This document shows positions 54,055 to 64,000 of a DNA stretch of 64,000 nt, in pieces (the stretch's first letter is position 1; each line of letters begins with the position of its first letter). The DNA is taken from assembly GCA_026770705.1 (NCBI GenBank), contig JANJGN010000002.1, positions 209,250,001 through 209,314,000 of the forward strand. Direction: 5' to 3'. This DNA is from Isurus oxyrinchus. Its lineage: Eukaryota. The notes under the pieces were generated by a model that was given only the letters and a program-made list of their open reading frames with translations, ran no database searches and was not told where the DNA came from. The position numbers and the translations under genes are program-made.

Positions 54055-54243
54055 ATATCACCTTCACTGTCGCGGGGTCAAAATCCTGGAACTCCTTTCT
54101 TAACAGCACTGTGGGTGTACCTAAACCACAGATTGCAACAGTTCAAGAAGGCAGCTTACCACCACCTTTTCAAGGGCAACTAGAGAGGGCAATAAATGCT
54201 GGCCCAGCCAGCAAAGCCCACATTCCATGAATGAATAAAAAAA
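54055..54243 (+). mobile_element. LINE/SINE 3' tail insertion
   Basis: GTTCAAGAAGGCAGCTTACCACCACC...GGGCAATAAATGCTGGCC...CCATGAATGAATAAAA. Similar tails at about 42830-42940, 48255-48450 and 59655-59730 (minus). Confidence 0.75.
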
Positions 54244-54559
54244 GCTCCAACAACTGACATGACCGAGTCTAAAGGCTCATCATCTGACTCGGACCCAGCA
54301 AGTCTTTGGCCTCCAGTAGTCCTCCGAGTGCCAGGAACCTGGGAAACCCCTGCCTCCGCCTGCTGTGGATCAGAAAGTGCGATGTGCTCACCAGATTATG
54401 ATCCTGAGGCTACTCTAAAGCTAGGTCCCACCGAGGTGTGTCTCTCTGCACTGGTGGAGGGTGTGGGTAAGCGCTGTGACAGAACTTCAGGCAGGGTGCC
54501 TTCAGATTCCTTTTCAGAAGTTTCTTCAGGGCTTGATTGGAGGCCCTGGGTCGTGGACT

Positions 54560-56874
54560 CAGTCTGCTGTTTCGCAGGTGTCTCTGCGAAAGCAAGGGGA
54601 GATAATTAGTGCATGGCAGTGGTCTGTGAAACAGGACACATCAGTCATAGCATGGTTGTATGACAGATGTTGCACTTCTGGATCCTCGCTTGGTACAGCA
54701 CCGCTGACCTCACCGTCAGCACAGGAGCAGTCCAGATCCTCGCTGGACAGCTGGATGGCTCTGTTTTCAAAGTCCATGAGGACCTTCATTTCAGTCATTC
54801 CTCCACCAGTCTGCGACCTCTCCCTGTTGTTGTGTGCCAGCTTGTCCTGCATGAATAGTGATGGAGAAAGAGTAAACAGGATGCCTGTCTGGCCAGATGA
54901 TAAGTATAAAAGCAAAAAACTGCAGATGCTGGAAATCCAAAACAAAAACAAAAATACCTGGAAAAACTCAGCAGGTCTGGCAGCATCTGCGGAGAGGAGC
55001 ACAGTTAACGTTTCGAGTCCAAATGACCCTTCAACAGAACTAAGTAAAAATAGAAGAGAGATGAAATATATAGATGAAATATCAGCTCCTCACACCCCGC
55101 TTCCTGTAAGGACTCCATCCCATTCTCTCAGTTCCTTCGCCTCTGTCGCATCTGTTCTGATGATGCCACTTTCAAAAACAGTTCCTCTGACATGTCCTCC
55201 TTCTTCCTTAACTGAGGTTTTCCACACACGGTCGTTGACAGGGCCCTCAACCGTGTCTGGCCCATCTCCCAAGCATCCGCCCTCACACCACCTTCTCCCT
55301 CCCAGAAACATGATAGGGTCCTCCTTGTCCTCACATATCACCCCACCAGCCTCCACATTCAAAGGATCATCCTCTGCCATTTCCACCAACTCCAGCATGA
55401 TGCCACCACCAAACATATCTTCCCTTCACCACCTCCACCCCCACCCCCCCTCCCCCCCGGCAGCATTCCGCAGGGATCGTTCCCTCCAAGACACCCTGGT
55501 CCACTCCTCCATCACCCCCTATACCTCAACCCCCTCCCATGGCACCTTCCCATGCAACTGCAGAAGGTGCAACACCTGCCCCTTTACTTCTCCTCTCCTC
55601 ACCGTCCAAGGGCCCAAACACTCCATTCAAGTGAAGCAGCATTTCACTTGCACTTCCCTCAATTTAGTCTACTGCATTCATTGCTCCCAATGCGGTTTCC
55701 TCTACATTGGAGAGACCAAACGCAGATTGGGTGACCGCTTTGCAGAACACCTTCGGTCTGTCCGCAAGCATTACGCAGACCTCCCTGTCACTTGTCATTT
55801 CAACACTCCACCCTGCTCTCATGCCCACATGTCCGTCCTTGGCTTGCTGCATTGTTCCAGTGAAGCTCAATACAAACTGGAGGAACAGCACCTCATCTTC
55901 CGACTAGGCACTTTACAGCCTTCCAGACTGAATATTGAGTTCAACAATTTTAGATCATGAACTCTCTCCTCCGTCCCCACCCCCTTTCCAATTCCCCCCC
56001 CCACCTTTTTTTTCCAATAATTTATATAGATTTTTCTTTTCTCACCTATTTCCATTATTTTTAAATGTATTTCCATCCATTGTTTTATCTCTACCTTTTA
56101 GCCTTTTTTGATTCCTTCACCCCACCCCCACCAGGGCTATCTGTAACTTGCCTGTCCTGCTTTCTACCCTTATTTAACACATTCCTTAGATAATATCACC
56201 ACCTTCAACACCTCTTTGTCCTTTTGTCTGTGACATCTTTTGGTTATCTCCACCTATTACTGGCCCTCTATCCAGCTCTACTTGTACCACCCCCCTTAAA
56301 TCAGCTTATATTTCACCTCTCTTCTATTTTTACTTAGTTCTGTTGAAGGGTCATTCGGACTCGAAACGTTAATTGTGCTCCTCTCCGCAGATGCTGCCAG
56401 ACCTGCTGGGTTTTTCCAGATGTTAAGTATGCCTGGCAAATGTGGGTGATGAGTGGTCCCATAGACAGGATGAGGACAATGAAGGTGTGTGTGAGAGTGA
56501 ATGGTGATGTCCCTTGAACTGGCAATGAATGAGGGCCCTGTGGATGTGCAACGGGTTTGTGCTTGTGTGAGTTGAGAGTGATAAGAAGAGTGACTTAGCC
56601 AGGCAAAATGAAGGAAATCATTCATCCTCTTGTGGCACTGCGTGGCTGTCCTCTTTTGCAGGGCATTGGCGCTAACCACCACTGCCACTACCTCCCAAGC
56701 CGGAATAGTGATGTTGCTGCCCATCCTGCAGCCAGAGCGGGGGTGGGGGATATCATGGCGGGCCTCCTCGGCGTCCAAAAGACACTTGAGAGGCACATCA
56801 TTGAACACAGAGGCTGCAGTCTTTTTGCCTTTCAGGGCCTTGTTTTCCATGCAGCAGTCCTGGGCTGGAGGCAC
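54560..56874 (-). pseudogene. Harbinger Myb/SANT-like DNA-binding protein, two exon remnants (about 56597-56874, and 54846 downward)
   Basis: LLDAEEARHDI...AWEVVAVVVSANALQKRTATQCHKRMND, then acceptor TTCATGCAG|DKLAHNNRERSQTGGG. The PLE sits in the intron. Confidence 0.75.
54908..56415 (+). mobile_element. 5'-truncated PLE with inverted arm (hammerhead-like motifs 55003-55041 minus, 56336-56374 plus)
   Basis: GIY-YIG end LVYCIHCSQCGFLYIGETKR. 15-bp TSD CCAGATG(A/T)TAAGTAT at 54893-54907 and 56416-56430. Confidence 0.94.
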
Positions 56875-57099
56875 TGAGAGGTGTGTGTACAGCTGTACTT
56901 TAAATATGGTGCCCAGCGTGAAGTGTCAAGGTTATGGTGTAGCGGGCAAATGAGAGCCTGCCTGCCATGGAAACGGTGTGTTCCATGGGTTTGGGACAAT
57001 ACAGCGCAAGATGCTGTCATTGCGGCCAGTGGGTAAAACATCGTTTTCGCAACCCGCTACCGCACTTAGTACAAACGTGGGATGATTCTGCCCCCAGTC

Positions 57100-57976
57100 T
57101 AGCAGCTATTTCCTTTAGGACTCGGCCAGCTCAGTCTGTACCGAGCCATTCTTGGTGATGGACACTGACGTCCCCCACCCAGAGTACACTCTGCGCTCTT
57201 GCCACCCTCAGTGCTTTCTCCAAGTGGTGTTCAAAATGGAGGAGTACTGACTGATCAGCTGAGGGGCAATGGCACATTGGAATCAGCAGAAGGTTTACTT
57301 ACCCATGTTGACCTGATGCCATGAGGCTTCATGGGGTCCGGAGTCGATGTGGAGCTCTCCAGGGCAATTCCCTCCCGACTGTGTATCACTATACCACCAC
57401 CTCTGCTGGGTCTGTCCTGCCAGTGGGAAGGTGGTGTCTGGGACATTGTCCATAAGGTATGATTCCATGCGTATGACTATGTCAGGCTGTTACCTGACAT
57501 ACCCTGACATAGTCTGTGAGACAGCCCTCCAAATTTTGGCATAAGCCCCAGATGTTACTAAGGAGGGCTTTGCAAGGCTGAGAGGGCTGAGTTTGCCGTT
57601 GTTGTTTCCAGTGCCTAGGTCAATGTTGGGTTGTCCTTCCGGTTTCCTTATTGTCTCGTTTTTAGCAGTTTGATACAACTAAGTGGCTTGCTAAACCATT
57701 TCAGAGGGTAGTTAAAAGTCAACCATATTGCTGCCAGTCTGGAGTCACATATTGGACAGGCCAAGTAAAGATGGCAGATTTCCTTCCCTAAAGGACACTA
57801 GTGAACCGACGATCAGCAATGGTTTCATGGTCATCATCAGACTTTTAATCCAGGTTTTTATTGAATTCAAATTCCGTAATCTGCCGTGGAGGGATTCAAG
57901 CCCAGGTCCCCAGACCATTACCCTCGGTCTCTGGATTACCAGTTTGGTGACAATTCCACTATGCCACTGCTTCCCC
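57100..57976 (-). mobile_element. 5' part of a LINE with tRNA-like head and APE endonuclease remnant
   Basis: Head GCAGTGGCATAGTGG is identical in type to the local SINE and runs into NIWGL.PK and SHWQDRPSRGGG (APE-like). Confidence 0.75.
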
Positions 57977-59954
57977 TAAAATTGTGGGGCCATCAATACA
58001 AGATACTTACCTAATAAGTCCAAAGGGAAATATGGAGACATCTTCTTACTTGGAGTGATTAGAATCCCTCCAAAAGTGGTTGAGGGAAGTAACTTTGAAG
58101 CCATGAGAGAAAAGGGAACAGAAAATTAGCTGAAAAGCTAAGATAGGTAGATGGAATGGAAGGAGACTTGCATGGATCAGAAAATGTCAGCATGGGGCAG
58201 ATAGGTCAAATGGCCTGTTTCTATAATGAATGTTTTGTGCAATTCTATGTAATTGGTCAGGTATGTTGAGTTTTGTATCTGCTAAGAATCTTAAGTCTCA
58301 GCTTCATTCTCAACTATTTCAAAATCATTAATTAAGTATATGTGTCCTTTATTGTTTCTCCCTACGTGCAGTAAATTTGCCCACATTAAATTGCATCTGT
58401 CAGTATTCTACCCACTTACATATTCAAGGCAACTGATTCTGTATGAGCCAATTTCTCTGCATCCACTACCTCTCCTTGTTTTCTAAAATCTGCAAGTTTG
58501 ACCATTGGGTTCAGTTTCTGAATCCAGGGTACTTACATAAATTAGAAATAGTGTGATTCCATACCTAGACCTGAGGAATTCCACTCAGTTCTCTTCCCTG
58601 CAATCCCCACTCCTGGAAATAATCATTCTAATGATTATTCATTGTTTACAACCTTTAACCAATTCATTATCTAAAATGCCTAACACAGAGTTTAACAAAT
58701 CCTCTTCTGTGTTGAACACTATAAGATCCCTTAACTCATATCTAGCGTTTGTCAAAAGTACAATGAAATTGCACAGTGGTACACAAAATGTGTATAAGGA
58801 CGAAACACTGGGATAACTTATGACGGATAGATGTCTGTGTCTTTCTGTTATCATTCATAAGAATATTTACAAACCTGGCCACTGATGTTCAACACTGTTC
58901 TTCTTTTCCAGTATAAGCTGATAAGTAGCAAGCCTAAAGAGCATTCTCTCACTAGTATAAATTCAACTTTAAAAACAGCCAGAAGCAAAGCTTTACTGTT
59001 GTGCTCTTAAGTATACAATTAATTTACAGATGCCAAATGTTAATACAGGCCACCACCCTGCACCACATCTGCAGAAGCTCCAATGAAAGTGCACAAAAGT
59101 GACATCACCATTTCTCCCCCTCACAGCACAACATTGACTTAACTCTTAGGTCACTTTCCTCATTTCCACCCTTTAAAACCACATGTGCCATGATGACGTC
59201 AAAACAAAGAATATGGAATGTGGAGATGGAAACTGTCTACAATATCATTCAGCCTGTAGCTAGAACACAAACCCTTCAAACCAAGTGAATTTTCTCTCAG
59301 TTTAACATGCAACTCAATGGTGAATACTAATCTCTTAACAGAATTTTTTCAGTGTTTCAGGTTATGTGCTCCAATTACATGGATAAGATGTGTCTTCATA
59401 TTAATTCTGGCAGAGGATTCCCATTTAAAACTTTAAACCTGTCCATTTTGCTGCCTAAGCGATTGCCGCTCCAGAATGTTCTCCTCTTCCCATATTTGTA
59501 AATTTCTTTTTTATCCGAAGTGCACGTCTTACAATTTCAATAGTTGTAACTCAATCCCAAAGTTCAAAACAAACTGCGGGATTTACAAACTGGATCACGT
59601 GTTCAAAGTTTACACTGAACCATGTCAGAAGATAGACCTATTACATATTTAAAATTAATTCATGGGATGTGGGCTTCGCTGGCTGGGCCAGCATTTATTG
59701 CCCATCCCTAGCTGCCCTTGAGAAGGTCATAGAGCAGATCTGTGACAAGGAAACATTCAAGATAAAAAAATCCTGTTGAAACAGTACAACAATCCTCAAC
59801 AAATGAATACCAAAAATAAAATGGTTCACTAGTCATTTCATCTTTTGCGAGAACTAATGTTTCCACATTCTCACGGGCAATTAGAGATCGGCAATAAACA
59901 CTATCCTTTCCAGAGGCACTCAAATCCCAAGAACGAGTATTAAAAAAATCAATA

Positions 59955-61105
59955 AAAGTAGTGGTCCGAGTAGCAATCCTGGGGACCCCATTGTATACCC
60001 TCCTCTGGTCAGAAAAATAATCGCTCATCACCACACACTACTTCTTGTCACTCAGCCAACATAATACCCATGCTGTCACTGTCTTTTTTATTTCATGGGC
60101 TTCACTTTTGCTTGCAAGCCTATTATGTAGCACTTTATCAAATGCCTTTTGGAAGTCCATATACACATCAACTGCATACCCTCATCAACCTTCTCTGTTA
60201 CTTCACCATGAAATTCAATCAAGTTAGTTCAACACAATTTGCCTTTAACAAATCCATGCTGGCTTTCCTTAATTAATCCATACTTGTTCAAGTCCCTTTT
60301 TATTTTCTTCCGGATTACTGCTTCTAAAAGCTTTCCTATCACCTGTAGCTGCAGGGTTTATTATTACAACCTTTATTGAACAAGGGCGTAACATTTGCAA
60401 TTCTTTAGTCACCTTGCAACATGCTTGCATCCAAGGAAGATTGAAAGATTATGCTCTCTGCAATTTCAACCATTACTTCCCTCAGCATCCTCAGATGCAT
60501 CCCATCAAGTCCTGGTGACTTAAGGTTACAGCCTTTCTAATATCTCCCCTATCAACTTTTAGTCATCCAGTGTCTCAACTACCTCCTCTTTCACTATGAC
60601 TTTGGAAGTATTTTCTTCATTGGGAAAGACAGATGCAAAGTACTCATCTAGTACCTCAACTGTGCCCGTTGATTCCATGTATAGATCTTCTTTTCAGTCT
60701 CAAATTGGCCACACCCCTCCTCTTAATACCTTTTTAGTGTTATGCGCCTATGGAAAACTTTGGTTCCTTTTTATGTTAGTTGCCAATCTCTTCTCATATT
60801 CTGTCCCTCTTTTTCACTTCCCTTCTGAACTTACTATATTCAGCCTGGCTCTCACCTGTATTATCAACCAGACATTAACTTTTTCTGCTTCATCTTACTC
60901 TGCCTTTCGTCATCCAGTCACTTATTTGCCCTACATTTGCCCCATGTGGAATTTACCTCAACTGTACCTGAAACCCCACTTCCTCTTTATACTTTTGCCT
61001 GTGAATCTTTGATTCCAATTTACCTGGGGCAAATTTGTTCCCATCCCACTAAAATTGGCTCTCCTTCAAATAAGTATCTTTACTTTAGATTATACCTTGT
61101 TCTTA
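59955..61105 (-). mobile_element. Decayed CR1 ORF2 fragment
   Basis: Reverse-strand VYNGVP, VYMDFQKAFDKV, ESQHGFVKGK, EVLDEYFASVF motifs. Confidence 0.85.
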
Positions 61106-63008
61106 ATGAGAGCAGGAAAAAAGTGCACCATGATTGGAAGATCAGCAGTCTTGAGCACGAGGAGGGGAAGTGTGTCAGGAAGTGGACAGCACGTGGCAAG
61201 GGCAAGAAGTGATGAGTCAGACATGGTCTCAGAGCCCCAGAAGAGACTCAACTTCTGTCAGGTGAGAGCACTCCAGATTCATCAATCAAGGGTGTGGGAG
61301 GAGCAGAGACTCAGGAAAATTTCCAGCTGGCTGGTGGCCTATGAGGGGAGGGGCTGAAACCTATGAAAGTGACAGGGCTCCCAGATAATCTGGTTGTTAT
61401 CCCTGGATTACAGCAAGACTTGGAAGAGCTCCCCATTCAACATCTTCCAATGATCCAGGAATGAATCTGACACCAAAAGTCCCAGAATGGATATTTAAGG
61501 TTCCTTATGATTTAAACCCTGACTTTCAAGCTGCATGCATCCTCCCCGCTCTTTTCGCATCTCACCTACTCTCCTGAAAGGGAGAGCTCGTTTCAGAAAG
61601 GGCGAGCTAACAGTCCATGTGTGGGTTGTATAAGGAGGCACAGAATAGGAAATTTTAAGAGAGATGGATAGACACAGGTGACAGTCGTACAATGTGACCT
61701 ATTAGAGGGGAGGTGGATTGGGACCAGTGAGATATGAAGGTGAATGGAACCTTTGAAGAGAGAGGGAATGAGACCAATGAACAATAATCCATCTAAAGTG
61801 TGTTGGCCACACAGTAATCTGGAGTGCTCCACACATTGAAATAAAGAGGCTGCTCACAGCTTCATAAAATTTCAGGATCTTTTAAAATGTAAACCGCTCA
61901 TGGACAATAACATTATTGCTCAAAGGAGTTTGAGGAGAACAAAGAAACTTTTGAGGGAACATTGCTGATGACGTAATTTCCTTGCAATAAAAACAGGTGT
62001 AGATTACATTATAATGTGTGCATTTTATCTGACTTGTCAAACATTTTACCCAGCAGACTGTTCACAGGTTCATGTTGCTTTGCTGCAACATCATTGGAGT
62101 ATATGTGATAAGTAAACATTGTTCATATGCCAGACTCCTGTTTTTACATCGCTAAGACTGGATTACTTTTTCTAAGTTGGAATCACGGACCAACATTTCT
62201 TTTATGTTAAAAATTATTGCATTGGGATAAGTTCAAGTAATGTAGCACAAGGAGCTGATACTTGGTCGCTGTCCTGTGTTCAGAATTAGAGATACGTCAA
62301 ATATAAAAGAGCCGTGATTCCAACAATGCTACACTGATAGAAGCCAGACCCTTTCAGGCAAATCCTGTTTAAACAGGAACATTCTGAAGCAGAGCATATA
62401 TTTCATTCATTTTTGTTTTGAAGCTGTTCAATTCTGAATTCAGTCAAATAATCAAGTCAATCGCAAATTTGAGCGATCGAAAACAATGGTGTGTCAGCAT
62501 ATTGAAGTGCATCAGCGATAAGGAGCTCTACCTTAGCCCCATCATTGTTCGGTGGCACAGACTGAGAATTTCCCAGCAGCAAATTATTCCCAAGGCAGTA
62601 GTGAGCCTCTCAGCAGTGGCTTCACAGCACCACTGACAGATAGAGGATGTCTAGCATCCTGAAGACATAAGCAGTCCAGCGAGATGGGGGTAGGGAGGGA
62701 GGTTATCCTAGAATTTAACATTTTTTGAAAAAGTGAACAGAAAAACTGCTAATTTAAAAATCATCCTAAATAAGGAATTACCAGGACATTTCAAGGCAAT
62801 GCTTTGATCAGATACATCAATGTGAGCCATTGAAATATCATCTGTCAACTATATTGAGGGCACTTATGATGGGGAAAAACTTGTCTTAGATGGTTGAACT
62901 TCATCACTATGCAGAAAGGAGACTTCCTTTGGGCATAATGATTAACAAAATCAAAAAAATATTCTTCATAAGTACAGTTCTGTCAGGAAGATATAATAAT
63001 TTTCATAA

Positions 63009-63840
63009 TGTTATCGGAATTCATTGTAAAGTAGCATAACAGTGGGGTCTGGGTCTGTGTCTGTGTGTGCGGGGTGTGTGATTTAACTGAATTAAAGGCA
63101 GTTGGTCTGAAGGATTTGATGTAACAGAACATAAGCTAGGTTTGAAATATTAAGTAGGTAAACATAGTGTAAAGGGGACATCTCCATTTTTAAATAAACC
63201 AGGTGGATTGATTTCAAAAGAGGGGTGAAATGTTTCACCTAGCCAGGAGAAGTTAAGAAACAGTGTGTTTATTTTTTCCAAAGATTACTGGTAAAATTGG
63301 TACTATGAGATTTTTTATTATTAGAGACGTAAAGTCCAAAGACATAGTGAAACAATGGGAATTTGTGTTCAAAGGGGAAAATATGGTTAAAGGAGAGAAG
63401 GCTGTGTGCAAGGGAAGGCATTCTAAGATCTAACATGTGTGAAAAGCCTCCAGCATCTAAGCTTCACGCTGCTGTCTACAAAGAACTGAAGAAAACTCAC
63501 TTTGCATTCAACTGTTTCAGGGTATTGCATGTTACTCTGCTTGGGTCTTTTAAAATCTGTGTATCTTACTGTTGCCTTAACGAGTAACTGGGAGCTAAGT
63601 TAACTAGGGCATTTAGAAGTGATCATAGTAGTAATTTGCAGATCTATGTGTGCGCTTAAAATCATTTCTTCTATTAATATTGGTTTTAATTTAGTTTTGT
63701 AAGAAACCTAGGAGCCTCGGTGGTCTTATTACTACTGAAATCAAGGCACATATCTTAAAGTTTATACAAATTGGCAGTTGTTTCAAGTTTTCCTGTGGGA
63801 TTTCAGCAGCTCAGCATTTACCATCGGCTGTGCCATAACT
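63009..63840. mobile_element. Possible solo LTR
   Basis: Starts TGTTAT and ends CATAAC(T), an inverted terminal motif, about 830 bp. No TSD match. Confidence 0.3.
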
Positions 63841-64000
63841 AGCTCACATAAAGCTGAGGAATACTTGCCTAACTCCATTTCTGGGGTAGATCTATTTACT
63901 TAAGCTTTACCACCAATGAATTACGTCAAATGCTCTTACTTTTTAAAATTCTCAGAGTTTGAACATTTATTGTCCAGCAATGGTTGCCGTGAGGTGGTAC

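Larger units (their letters stand above)
52420..57093. mobile_element. PIF/Harbinger transposon remnant (transposase C-terminus on +, Myb/SANT gene on -), interrupted by nested elements
   Basis: 52420-52620 resembles the HARBI1-type end (CCA.H.LA...EELADEEMQELEVSSDEED). Convergent Myb-like exons. Right end ATTCTGCCC matches the MITE TIR. Confidence 0.8.

Noticed and set aside
54461-55960. 499-aa ORF suggesting a novel GIY-YIG fusion protein
   Set aside because: It reads through antisense Harbinger sequence, the inverted pLTR arm and an off-frame PLE stretch. Only the C-terminal part is genuine PLE endonuclease, and it has no ATG start.

Overview
Repeat-rich vertebrate non-coding DNA, most likely a cartilaginous-fish (shark) intron. 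The species is inferred from the repeat families, not proven. No intact multi-exon gene is visible; there is one candidate short first coding exon on the minus strand (30045-30092, MNDQSEYQRLSSEEEE followed by GT). The window holds decayed RTE, CR1 and L2 LINEs, tRNA-derived SINEs, a PIF/Harbinger remnant with matching MITEs, and about 10 insertions of one young Penelope-like retroelement (PLE) family. These range from a near-full RT+GIY-YIG copy (34332-37704) down to 100-560 bp non-coding fold-back elements with their own TSDs. The most notable signal is a 39-nt minimal hammerhead-ribozyme-like motif in the PLE pseudo-LTR. It occurs 13 times, on both strands, always with a non-canonical CUGU(U/C)GA core and mostly with a palindromic ACGU stem III. 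Other notable features are the reproducible asymmetric inverted-arm architecture of the insertions and their uniform orientation. All calls were made by eye and edges of old repeats are approximate.
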